DNA from: Prolixibacteraceae bacterium
GTDB taxonomy: Bacteria > Bacteroidota > Bacteroidia > Bacteroidales > Prolixibacteraceae
Assembly (NCBI GenBank): GCA_016649735.1
Contig: JAENXA010000001.1
Span: 2,664 to 66,663, forward strand
DNA length: 64,000 nt
Direction of reading: 5' to 3'
In this document: positions 1-8,306 of the stretch, piece after piece
How the letters are laid out: the number at the start of each line of letters is the position of its first letter
Numbering within the stretch: the first letter of the stretch is position 1
Position numbers and translations under genes: made by a program
Notes under the pieces: model-generated
Database searches by the model: none
What the model was told of the DNA's origin: nothing
Seen by the model: the letters and a program-made list of their open reading frames with translations, nothing else

Positions 1-498
1 TAACTTTTCGAGCCATAACATGTGACTCGGTTCTCCTGCGCCTGCATTGACATTGCTTTGCTCTAACCTGAACGTGGGATAATCATCCATGGTGCTTACT
101 TCCAGTTCATCAAAGATGGCATTTGCTGTGGCTTCAATAGGTGCAAATAGCCACTGATCACCAATGGCGCCACCATAATAAGTGGAACACTCGTAATGGC
201 TTTTTATCTGGCGTATGCTCATCATGTCGGGTAGCTGAACCGGGGCAAATGGCAGTAGGCAATAAGCCCTTGCGCCACACTGATTTAACACGACTACTGT
301 ATATGTTTTACTCCACGCATCGAGCTGGCTGAAGTCACTTAATTTCTTCCCGTTTAGCCACGTGTTGTATATTGCCTGGTTGAATACATTGTTGAGGTGT
401 TGCTTCACAATCTCAGGATGATAAATACCTTTGCTGTCTTCGGCATTATCACTGGCCATGAAATCCAATATGGTCTCAACTAAGTTTTGCTTTTTCAT
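1..498 (-). CDS. hypothetical virion-module protein, 3' end cut by window edge
   Basis: ATG at 496-498 overlaps (ATGA) the stop of the 495-1196 gene. The frame stays open to position 1 (166 codons, MKKQNLVETILDFMASDNAEDSKG...). It is absent from the ORF track because it has no stop inside the window. Confidence 0.5.
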   Translation of the reverse strand, partial: MKKQNLVETILDFMASDNAEDSKGIYHPEIVKQHLNNVFNQAIYNTWLNGKKLSDFSQLDAWSKTYTVVVLNQCGARAYCLLPFAPVQLPDMMSIRQIKSHYECSTYYGGAIGDQWLFAPIEATANAIFDELEVSTMDDYPTFRLEQSNVNAGAGEPSHMLWLEKL

Positions 499-1196
499 TG
501 TCCTGTTTGTAATTGCTGATTAGCCACCTGTACCAATTCTCCTTCACGTAGGTTTATCCCGATATATTTTAACATCATAGCAACTAATGTAAGGTGCTCA
601 TCAACCGGAAATTCTACTTCGGTGGAGTTCACGGCATCGTATGTCACAAATCCGTCTCCAAGTGTATATGCAAACACCGGCTCAACGGGGAATCTGTAAT
701 AATGGAAGTCTACCAAGGTTATTGAAATGGGCCTGATGTGTATGCCGGAACTCCTTACAACAGCTATTGGATTCTGTGTTGTCGGTCTCTTGGTGTAGTT
801 TCCATTTCTTGAACTGAACTCTGCCTCTCTCAGTATCTCCACTGGCCTTGGTAGTGATGTTGCAACAGTATTTATTGTCTTGGTGTAATTATAAGAAATG
901 GTGTCTCGGTGAGCATAGTCTGCAGGAAAGGGCAAAACCCCTGCCGTGACAGGGGTGCTTATTAATGGCATCTTGAATGCTTTCAGATCATCGGTATTTT
1001 TCAGAGTTATATCTGCATACTCATTCGGCACAGGTCTCCCCGGCTGATACTCCTCTGGCAACCCATACTTGTTTCGGAAGAGGTCAATAGACACGACCTT
1101 GATAAGTTCATTGAATCTCACGGGAGTAATGATGTTTCCTGAGAAGTCCTTATTTGTGATGAACTTTATGAGACTGAACATTTCGTACAAGGTCAT
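495..1196 (-). CDS. hypothetical virion structural protein
   Basis: 233-aa ATG-started ORF downstream of the lysis cassette and translationally coupled to the next gene. No diagnostic motif. Confidence 0.5.
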   Translation of the reverse strand: MTLYEMFSLIKFITNKDFSGNIITPVRFNELIKVVSIDLFRNKYGLPEEYQPGRPVPNEYADITLKNTDDLKAFKMPLISTPVTAGVLPFPADYAHRDTISYNYTKTINTVATSLPRPVEILREAEFSSRNGNYTKRPTTQNPIAVVRSSGIHIRPISITLVDFHYYRFPVEPVFAYTLGDGFVTYDAVNSTEVEFPVDEHLTLVAMMLKYIGINLREGELVQVANQQLQTGQ

Positions 1197-1215
1197 TGTC
1201 TATCCTCCTGATTAT

Positions 1216-1701
1216 TTAAAATGTTATTCCACCACCAAAGAAAAATCCCCACTTACCCATATCAGGTAGCGGATTAGGGGTGAATGTACCACCAACCTTA
1301 AAATACTGCCATAGATTTCCTGCAAGAGTAAATTTTAATTTTGCTAATTCAGGATTATAAATAGTTTCACCAAGAGCAACTCCCATACTGATACCATAGT
1401 TGTTAACAGGTGTAGGATCGAGTAAAGATTTCTGGACGAAATGTTGATATCCTATTGCCGGGCCGATGAAGCTAACAGCAGTTGTTATCAATTCCTTTGT
1501 AACGGTATTACGATTGATCTCCGCAAATGCCTGTGTTGCATCAAATCTCCATTCCCATTTTTGAGTTATAGGTATCTCCCCTATTGATACTTTATAATTG
1601 TTTTCTGCCTTTGTGGAGAATGAGGCCACGGGTTTGAAAATTTGTGCCGATCCTGCAAATGCAAGACTTACGAATAAAAATAAAACGATTAACTTTTTCA
1701 T
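1216..1701 (-). CDS. exported beta-rich (outer-membrane beta-barrel-like) protein
   Basis: Start moved to ATG 1699-1701 (MKKLIVLFLFVSLAFAGSAQ, a classic signal peptide). The sequence has alternating hydrophobic beta-strand patterning and ends ...FFFGGGITF with a terminal Phe, like an OMP beta-signal. Confidence 0.55.
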   Translation of the reverse strand: MKKLIVLFLFVSLAFAGSAQIFKPVASFSTKAENNYKVSIGEIPITQKWEWRFDATQAFAEINRNTVTKELITTAVSFIGPAIGYQHFVQKSLLDPTPVNNYGISMGVALGETIYNPELAKLKFTLAGNLWQYFKVGGTFTPNPLPDMGKWGFFFGGGITF

Positions 1702-1721
1702 AGCTTTTTTATGTTTAATGT

Positions 1722-2501
1722 TTAGAAACCAAAAATTTGTGCAAGACACCCTTTCTTTTTAGGTTCGGGAGGTATCGGTGGCTCAGGTGGAACCGGAGGA
1801 TCAAAACTTTTTGAATCTACTGTAGTCCACAGCTCGTATTGCATCCCAAAGTCATCATAGGACATAACGCAATACCCTTCTTTTCCCCAGTCAGCACCCC
1901 ATGAATTTCGTATGATGAATCCTTCCTTGTTATATCCTACCACGCATAAGGCATGGCCACCAAGAAGATATTCCCCTTTGTTCTTAAACCACATCCTCTC
2001 TGTATAGTTATAAACCGGGATAGCAATGACACATGGTCCATTTGAGAATAGAGATGTTTTCAGATCGTTAATGGTGTCAATAGAACCATAATTGCTGATC
2101 TTATAAAGAGAAGCGTTCATAAGTACTTCAATAGAGGGTAATCCTTTTGTCCCATAAGGAAATACGGATTCAGTACAATCACCCTTTTCTTTTAATACTT
2201 CCATCAGATCCCTCATGTACATACCTTCTTCATTGATGTTCTCCCTGTTATTATATATGAACTGAGGACTCATGTAATCATTCATGTTGACATCAATGTG
2301 TTCCTGCCACTCTTTCATTGCAGCACCGGACATAGCAGCGCATGAACCCTGACTCCCCTGATCACGAATAGGAAACATCACAGGACGATAATCAACAATC
2401 TCTGGTAATGCCACTTTTGGGTAAATAGCAGATACTTTCCAGTCCCGTTTGTCTTTCGGACTTGGAGTGACATTCAATTTATATTGTGAGAAGTCTTTCA
2501 T
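1722..2501 (-). CDS. papain-family (C1A) cysteine peptidase
   Basis: Catalytic motifs in the correct order: DQGSQGSCAAMSG (Cys), GGHALCVVGY (His), NSWGADWGKEGY (Asn-Ser-Trp). Pro-rich tail PPVPPEPPIPPEP. No signal peptide. Start taken at ATG 2499-2501, directly after the upstream stop. Confidence 0.75.
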   Translation of the reverse strand: MKDFSQYKLNVTPSPKDKRDWKVSAIYPKVALPEIVDYRPVMFPIRDQGSQGSCAAMSGAAMKEWQEHIDVNMNDYMSPQFIYNNRENINEEGMYMRDLMEVLKEKGDCTESVFPYGTKGLPSIEVLMNASLYKISNYGSIDTINDLKTSLFSNGPCVIAIPVYNYTERMWFKNKGEYLLGGHALCVVGYNKEGFIIRNSWGADWGKEGYCVMSYDDFGMQYELWTTVDSKSFDPPVPPEPPIPPEPKKKGCLAQIFGF

Positions 2502-2502
2502 A

Positions 2503-2883
2503 CTACTTTTTAAATAATGCCAGTTTAGATACCTTAGATGATTTAGCATTAGGAACTGTGAGGAATGTAGCTATTATGTAGGTCAGGAATACTCCACCTA
2601 CAACTTTAAAAAGCACAAGCCAAACTATTTTACCTTCAACTGCTATCAATCCAATAGCCTCAGATAACCCCGTACCTAAAACTACCAATAGCCCAGAAAT
2701 TACTTTTGCCCATCCGGTAGTAGTGTCTATAATGAACACGATATTCTTCCCTACATACCCAACAAGTGCAGCTATTCCTCCAACAAACAATAAAGCCCAG
2801 TCTACAGGCACTTCACCGAATGCTGATAAGGCAAGTGTAACCAGTAACATTGCAAGTCCTTTCCAAAAATTCTGTACAGTCAT
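2503..2883 (-). CDS. holin-like multi-pass membrane protein
   Basis: 126 aa with about four hydrophobic helices and a basic C-terminus (KSSKVSKLALFKK). Lies directly downstream of the endolysin gene. Confidence 0.5.
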   Translation of the reverse strand: MTVQNFWKGLAMLLVTLALSAFGEVPVDWALLFVGGIAALVGYVGKNIVFIIDTTTGWAKVISGLLVVLGTGLSEAIGLIAVEGKIVWLVLFKVVGGVFLTYIIATFLTVPNAKSSKVSKLALFKK

Positions 2884-2937
2884 GATTTTTATTTTTAGTT
2901 AATAATAACAAAGATACGAAATATCATATATAATATA

Positions 2938-3453
2938 TTAAAAATGAGTATCATCAATTCGATTCAACCACCCCGACAAAAAGACTTGCAGTTCTGGTTT
3001 GCGCCTTGCAAGATCAAAATAGTATTTTTTACGCTCTGATATATACTCCTGAACTATCGCAGATTGCATAGAACTTGAATAATTAGGATAACTATTTATA
3101 AGTCCTGTTGTCTCCGGCCCTATATATCCGTCTGCTTCTGCTTCCACTATCCTCTGAATCATTTTAATAGCTGTCCTTATTCCTGCATTAACACCCATGT
3201 CGAAAATCTGTAAGACTAAATTTTCATCATGAATACCGAGCAGATTCATTTTGTTCCAGTAGTCTTTATGATAAATTTCTATTGCCTCATTACGGGTTAA
3301 GTTTTTAATATCCAGATCAGGATAGGATTTCTTTGCAATACCCATATTAGTAAGTCCTCCAGGATCTTGTGGATGATCAACCAGACCGCCTTCATTTTTT
3401 AAGATGACTTCTATACATTTCATAAAAACATATACTGTGCTGAATTTTGCCAT
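2938..3453 (-). CDS. endolysin, glycoside hydrolase family 108 type with C-terminal peptidoglycan-binding domain
   Basis: N-terminal KNEGGLVDHPQDPGGLTNMGI matches the GH108 EGG...D.GG.T..GI signature. Followed by ...DMGVNAGIRTAIKMIQR...DGYIGPET, like a PG_binding_3 domain. Confidence 0.8.
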   Translation of the reverse strand: MAKFSTVYVFMKCIEVILKNEGGLVDHPQDPGGLTNMGIAKKSYPDLDIKNLTRNEAIEIYHKDYWNKMNLLGIHDENLVLQIFDMGVNAGIRTAIKMIQRIVEAEADGYIGPETTGLINSYPNYSSSMQSAIVQEYISERKKYYFDLARRKPELQVFLSGWLNRIDDTHF

Positions 3454-4088
3454 TATTTAATTCTTTTAATTACATATTGCATACTATCATTCGGATAGTA
3501 CATTATTTTGGTAGAGTCAGGAAGTGCAAGTATTTCGCCTCTGGAATTAGTCACAAAAGGGATACCCATATTATTAACCTTATCTTCAATCTGTGTTTGG
3601 TTTTGATTAATTTTTTCAAATCCAAAATATAAACCCGCCCATAATGACACTAATGCAAACACGGCCGTTATAATCCATATTACCCGCTGCCAGCTATCTC
3701 TTTTTTTTCCTGCTTTCAGATTATATGAAACAAATTCCCTATCTTCACCTTCCTTTTTTATCCTTGCTTTAAGTTCATCTGCTATCAGTTGTTTCTTTTC
3801 AAGATCATCTTTAGTAATGTCTTTCGTTGTTTCTTCTGCTTTAAATATTTCAATCGCATGTACCGCAGTACCGGCAGATTCAATGGCTTTTTTAATATCT
3901 GTTTTTATATCTGAAATATCACTAACAACACTTTTATGATCCTTCATAAACTCATTAAAGCGAAAAGCAAGTCCATCTTCCGGATGACCATTACCAACAA
4001 GTATTAAAGTCATTCGATCGATAGCTTCTTTCTGTGAACACTTGTGAATGTAAACCGGTTTACGACCTGGTTTCTTTGCTCCTGTCAT
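3453..4088 (-). CDS. membrane-anchored coiled-coil protein (possible spanin-like or lysis accessory)
   Basis: The track start is TTG, so ATG 4086-4088 is used (MTGAKKPGRK...). Charged coiled-coil middle and one TM segment (VIWIITAVFALVSLWAGLYFGF). Located in the lysis cassette. Confidence 0.4.
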   Translation of the reverse strand: MTGAKKPGRKPVYIHKCSQKEAIDRMTLILVGNGHPEDGLAFRFNEFMKDHKSVVSDISDIKTDIKKAIESAGTAVHAIEIFKAEETTKDITKDDLEKKQLIADELKARIKKEGEDREFVSYNLKAGKKRDSWQRVIWIITAVFALVSLWAGLYFGFEKINQNQTQIEDKVNNMGIPFVTNSRGEILALPDSTKIMYYPNDSMQYVIKRIK

Positions 4089-4090
4089 TA

Positions 4091-4315
4091 CTATCCAAAT
4101 TTCATTACTATCCAAACTCCTGTTATCGTTCCTAATAAATCAGCACCCAAATCATACATATCAAACTTCCCGCCTCTGTGCTTATCCCATAACTCTTTTA
4201 CTATCCCTGCAGTTATCCCTAAAACTAATCCCATTATCGGGTTAAAAGTTAATGTCGCCCACATGCCTATAAAAAGACATCCGATGAAGTGCCATATTTT
4301 GTCTGAGTATTTCAT
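4091..4315 (-). CDS. small membrane protein (possible second holin or antiholin)
   Basis: 74 aa with 2-3 hydrophobic helices. First gene of the lysis cassette. Confidence 0.45.
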   Translation of the reverse strand: MKYSDKIWHFIGCLFIGMWATLTFNPIMGLVLGITAGIVKELWDKHRGGKFDMYDLGADLLGTITGVWIVMKFG

Positions 4316-4340
4316 TTTGTTTCGTCAGAACCGAAGGCAA

Positions 4341-4521
4341 CTAATGTATATAAGCTCCTATATCCCAAGCTGCACCAGACTGTGTAACTGATTTAATTTG
4401 GGTGTCATCGACCCTTACAGAACATCCATATGCGGTGAATCCTGTTTTTACGGCATGTGGACCTACTCCAACTACTGTCTGCCGTCCTTCTGCTCCGAGT
4501 AACTTATTCTGGATTTCCATG
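4341..4521 (-). pseudogene. small ORF interrupted by a 1-nt frame change (indel, sequencing error or +1 recoding)
   Basis: ATG 4519-4521 gives MEIQNKL. The +1 frame from 4499 then reads the protein-like LGAEGRQTVVGVGPHAVKTGFTAYGCSVRVDDTQIKSVTQSGAAWDIGAYIH-stop (TAG 4341-4343) but has no start codon of its own. The zero frame instead gives an Arg/Ser-rich 38-aa product. Confidence 0.3.
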
Positions 4522-4571
4522 ATTGACTGTTTTTACGTGTTAATACTAACGAACTCACTTACAAATTGCAT

Positions 4572-4579
4572 CAAAGTTA
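4572..4579 (-). promoter_or_regulatory. candidate Bacteroidota-type -7 box (TAACTTTG)
   Basis: Plus-strand CAAAGTTA is TAnnTTTG on the minus strand. It lies just downstream of the 4599-4625 terminator hairpin and about 250 nt upstream of the lysis cassette. Confidence 0.25.
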
Positions 4580-4582
4580 AAC

Positions 4583-4626
4583 TATTTTGATAAAAGGAAT
4601 GCCACACTCGATTAAAATGTGGCATC
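4583..4626 (-). terminator. intrinsic terminator after the 4655-5584 gene
   Basis: 8-bp stem ATGCCACA (4599-4606) / TGTGGCAT (4618-4625) with an 11-nt loop. On the minus strand it is followed by CCTTTTATCAAAAT. Confidence 0.5.
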
Positions 4627-4654
4627 CTGACATGAAAACAACTAAAATGGAAAC

Positions 4655-5584
4655 TTATTCTTCTTTCTCTTCGAGAACTTCTTCTTTTTTACCCTTCTTT
4701 CCCGCATTGGGATTCTTTGTTAGCAACACGGCCTGCAGATCATCCCTGAACTCTTGATTGCCAAGGTAATAATCATACAATGCTTCGCTTGCGCTCTTTG
4801 AAGGCGGCACTTTACATATCTGAGTGGTGCCTTTTTCTCCCGTGGCCTGCCAGAACCATATATTTTTAAGAGCATCATGCCTTAATACTCCCATGTCCAT
4901 TGCCTTTGTGATAGATACACGGGTCTTTATCTCTTCCTCTGAATTGACCATTCTGAAGAACTCCTCAGGGCCTTCTTTGGTCTCATGAATCCTATTGCCA
5001 AGGACAATCCTGATCTGATTTGGAGTCAAGTCATCAACCCCTGGTTCCTGATAGGCTTTTAGCACTGCCTTTAACTTTTCGTCCGAGAGTCCAAAATCTT
5101 CTCCATATAACAGGCCGTCAATCTTAGCTTCAATCTTTTTCTTTTCAACTTTCTTTTCAGCTTCCGACACAAGGTCTTCAAACATGAACTTTACCATAGG
5201 CCCTTGGTTTTCACCATCCTTGCAATACTCGGATTTATTAAGCAGAAAATATATCAGTTCGATATCATTACGCGTTAAAAATTTAGCACCATTGAATATA
5301 AATTTCTTTGGAGTGTATTTCTTAAACCCTTTCTCATCAGTGATGACATTCTCCGCATATCTCCATACCTCTGTGCCATTCTTAGTCTTAACTGTGGATT
5401 TTAAATCAAAAGATATTGAGTTGGGCTTGTCAGGTAACAGGTTGTGCTTTAGTTTACTTTTCACAATCCTCTCCGATGGATACACTACTTTGACCGGGAA
5501 TTTGCCGTGGAAATACTTTTCGATTTTTTTAATCTCTTCCTGGTGCATTTCCAATTTAAACAGTTCTTCATTCTTGTATAACAT
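4655..5584 (-). CDS. hypothetical head-associated protein
   Basis: The track start at 5626 is GTG, so the first ATG at 5582-5584 is used (MLYKNEELFKLEM...). Immediately downstream of the capsid gene. Lys/Glu-rich C-terminus. Confidence 0.5.
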   Translation of the reverse strand: MLYKNEELFKLEMHQEEIKKIEKYFHGKFPVKVVYPSERIVKSKLKHNLLPDKPNSISFDLKSTVKTKNGTEVWRYAENVITDEKGFKKYTPKKFIFNGAKFLTRNDIELIYFLLNKSEYCKDGENQGPMVKFMFEDLVSEAEKKVEKKKIEAKIDGLLYGEDFGLSDEKLKAVLKAYQEPGVDDLTPNQIRIVLGNRIHETKEGPEEFFRMVNSEEEIKTRVSITKAMDMGVLRHDALKNIWFWQATGEKGTTQICKVPPSKSASEALYDYYLGNQEFRDDLQAVLLTKNPNAGKKGKKEEVLEEKEE

Positions 5585-5649
5585 AGCATATTTAGTTTTA
5601 AAGGAAATGAGAGGAATGACTTGCACCCCTCTCTATCCTGTGATTACAT

Positions 5650-7023
5650 TTAGACTGCTTCCATGATAACCATCTGGTTTCCTCCACGGAAATGAGCTCC
5701 AATATTGCATCTCTGATAAGTGTTCCTTGCATCAATATCGGTGACTTTCAAACCTTCACCTGCACCGCCTACCTGCCAAACTTCCATTCTCCGGGAATAT
5801 TTGCCAAGGGCTTTATAACGGGTGCCAAATGAGTCAACCATATTACTGGTAACAGGGTCTTTCTTCTTATTGATTGGAAGGAATACTCCCATCTTGCGTG
5901 CTCCGTAACCTTCTGCTCCTGCGAGTTTCTTGTTGTTGAACGAACCCATTCTCTTGAATAAGAAAGTCCTCTCTGATTTCGTCAGGTAAGTGAAGTTCAC
6001 CGATGCGCTAAGGGCCTCATTACTATTAAACAAAGCATCATTGGTATCCTGTTTCGCAAACGAGATGTTCGTGTTTTTGAAATAATTTACCAATGCGTTC
6101 TCGATGTCCTGATGAAGCGAAATCCCTAACAGAGCAAGTATACGATTACCTGCAAACTCCCTGTCAAGGGTATTGTCCATCTCATCAAATTCATCTACTG
6201 TGAATGCACCATCAACACTGGTCTGCTCATTCCCTACTCGTCTAACATAAGGAACAAGACCTTCGGTTGTATAGATTGGCCGTCCGGTAACAGGGTCGGT
6301 GATGACGTTTGTGGTCTGTTTGCCCCAAAGGAGAGCACCGTCAATCTTAAGTGCCATACGATAATCAATGTCAATCTGACCTTTGAAATAGTATGCGGGT
6401 ATTGACTTCCCTGCACTGGTTATTGTTACCCATGACTGATTGGTCATCTCTGATCCGGTAACGCCCATAGATTCCTTTATGATCTGTGTGTGGTTGGAAT
6501 ATTCCCATGTTCCTGATACTGCACCTGCTGGCTGTCCTGATCCTTCTGAGAAGGCACTGGATATGATCACAAGTTCTTCTCCTGCGGTGAGTGCCGGAAA
6601 TTGGTCAGTGATCTCATTAAGTCTTACCGTGATGACGGGTGCAGCAGGAACGGCTACGTTTCTGGTAATAACTATTCCTGTAACCTCATTCGGAAATAAG
6701 ATTTCGTCATATAACCTGACGTAGAAATTGTTGTTTGCATCAAGATCAATAAGGTCAAGTGTGAACGATATGTTTGCGCCAACTGCGGGTTGTGCAACAA
6801 TATTCTTGACGTGCATGACTTCATGAATGTGATTATCTTCAAAATGTCCGTATGTGTCTTGTGATACCGGCAGTTCAAATCCCATGGATCTGATTAACTG
6901 AAAGTACGATGCTCCCTGATCTCCGAACCTGTTGAATAACACGTTCATTATCTCTGGCTTGTGAATATCAAAGCCTGATACGATATCTGAGGCATATATT
7001 TGAGAAATAGCTTCTGGTCCCAT
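5650..7023 (-). CDS. major capsid protein (by synteny)
   Basis: 457 aa, directly after the scaffold gene in the order TerL-portal-scaffold-capsid. No enzyme motifs. The call rests on position and size. Confidence 0.65.
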   Translation of the reverse strand: MGPEAISQIYASDIVSGFDIHKPEIMNVLFNRFGDQGASYFQLIRSMGFELPVSQDTYGHFEDNHIHEVMHVKNIVAQPAVGANISFTLDLIDLDANNNFYVRLYDEILFPNEVTGIVITRNVAVPAAPVITVRLNEITDQFPALTAGEELVIISSAFSEGSGQPAGAVSGTWEYSNHTQIIKESMGVTGSEMTNQSWVTITSAGKSIPAYYFKGQIDIDYRMALKIDGALLWGKQTTNVITDPVTGRPIYTTEGLVPYVRRVGNEQTSVDGAFTVDEFDEMDNTLDREFAGNRILALLGISLHQDIENALVNYFKNTNISFAKQDTNDALFNSNEALSASVNFTYLTKSERTFLFKRMGSFNNKKLAGAEGYGARKMGVFLPINKKKDPVTSNMVDSFGTRYKALGKYSRRMEVWQVGGAGEGLKVTDIDARNTYQRCNIGAHFRGGNQMVIMEAV

Positions 7024-7089
7024 TTGTTTAATTTTTAATTATGAATACTATCAAAATACATTGCCTCTTGTGATTACTGTCTTTAAAAA

Positions 7090-8268
7090 CTACCTTTTAA
7101 ATTCCATGTCGTAAGCCTTCTTACGCTGTGCTTCTTCCGAATCTGGCTCTCCACTTGAAGGCGGGGTGTCATTGTTTTTCGGTGAAGGGTTGTGGTAAAC
7201 TTTTAATATCTCCTCTTCGGTCATACTTCTTGCACGCTCAAATATGGCGTGATAGATATCCTCCCGGTGAGTAAATAATATGTCGGAGTACATTGCCTCT
7301 GCAACACTCGTGACGTTTGCTTGGTTAACTTCCAATTGGTTGCTAACTACATAGTCAAGGGCGTTCTTTAATACAACCTTCTGCGACTCCTCTGGTAATA
7401 CAAAGTTGACGATAGGTTCTTTTCCTCCTTTGAGTGTTATCGGAATCTTTGCAAACTCCACACCCATCTTTTCGTTTACCTTAGTCCAGCTGTCTGTCTG
7501 TGACTTTTCAATCTCAGGTGTCCACTTGGACTTGCTTGCAGGCTCATCTTCTTGGATTTCAGGCATCTTGATCTTCCCTTTGAGTTCCTGTAGTTTATCC
7601 TTGGCTCTCGCTCCATCAGAAGCTACTCCAATAAGATTAACATCCAGTTCGTCTTGTGTCAAATCGCCTGACTCGACTTTTGCAGAATCCACATTGTATT
7701 TCGTCTCGAAATATCTGCGTACCTGTGGTTCTTTGTTTGCCAATGCCGGGTTGTCAATAATATGCTGCATAACTAAAGCATCCATGTCATTCATGTTTGC
7801 CACGTCAGCCGCATTTAACCTATTGAAAACCGTTGCATCTTTAATGCCCGTCTCACGTGCGAACTCATTAAACTTGGCAATGTCGTCACTCGCGAAATTA
7901 TGTTTCGGCTTTGCCTTTAATTGAGTTTCAAGCTCCTGAGTCTTCTGTCTCAGAGTAGTCAGTTCTTGAAGTGATGCGGATATATTTGCTTTTTTAACAT
8001 CCTCAACTGTCTTAAACTGCTCGCCAAACATCTCGTTCAGCATGGCAGTGCGGATAGCCTCTGGATTGGGTACTTCTGTTTTTATTTCCGGTTTTATTTC
8101 CGGCTTAATTTCGGGCTTAATTTCGGGTTTTATCTCGGGGTTTATCTCAGGTTTTTGTTCACCTGCTTCGCCCTTCCCACTTATTTGTTCTGCGATTTTT
8201 GCCGAATCGACACCTTCAATGCTCATTAGAGCTTCCATCTCTGCGTCTCTGCCGTCATTTCTTGCCAT
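7090..8268 (-). CDS. head scaffolding protein
   Basis: 392 aa, acidic and coiled-coil rich, with a PEIK tandem repeat. Located between the portal and capsid genes. Confidence 0.6.
   Translation of the reverse strand: MARNDGRDAEMEALMSIEGVDSAKIAEQISGKGEAGEQKPEINPEIKPEIKPEIKPEIKPEIKTEVPNPEAIRTAMLNEMFGEQFKTVEDVKKANISASLQELTTLRQKTQELETQLKAKPKHNFASDDIAKFNEFARETGIKDATVFNRLNAADVANMNDMDALVMQHIIDNPALANKEPQVRRYFETKYNVDSAKVESGDLTQDELDVNLIGVASDGARAKDKLQELKGKIKMPEIQEDEPASKSKWTPEIEKSQTDSWTKVNEKMGVEFAKIPITLKGGKEPIVNFVLPEESQKVVLKNALDYVVSNQLEVNQANVTSVAEAMYSDILFTHREDIYHAIFERARSMTEEEILKVYHNPSPKNNDTPPSSGEPDSEEAQRKKAYDMEFKR
8081..8152. repeat. 12-bp tandem repeat x6 inside the scaffold gene
   Basis: Units tttatttccggt / tttatttccggc / ttaatttcgggc / ttaatttcgggt / tttatctcgggg / tttatctcaggt encode (PEIK/PEIN)x6. 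Confidence 0.9.
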
Positions 8269-8291
8269 AGTGCTTAATTATTTTGATTTTA

Positions 8292-8299
8292 CAAATGTA
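8292..8299 (-). promoter_or_regulatory. candidate -7 box (TACATTTG) upstream of the scaffold and capsid genes
   Basis: Plus-strand CAAATGTA is TAnnTTTG on the minus strand, 24-31 nt upstream of ATG 8268. Confidence 0.3.
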
Positions 8300-8306
8300 A
8301 ATAAAA

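Noticed and set aside
4402-4590. 62-aa plus-strand ORF in the lysis-cassette leader.
   Set aside because: It has a GTG start and is antisense to every neighbouring gene and to the more protein-like minus-strand frame at 4341-4499. Its composition is not protein-like.
5184-5666. Many plus-strand ORFs of 60-180 aa nested inside long minus-strand genes. Examples are 5184-5666, 7406-7924, 11308-11745, 15182-15772, 39810-40121, 45863-46252, 51395-51934 and the series inside 54829-62601.
   Set aside because: They are antisense shadows of strongly supported genes, Ser/Leu/Phe-rich with no motifs. AT-rich genomes generate such ORFs by chance.
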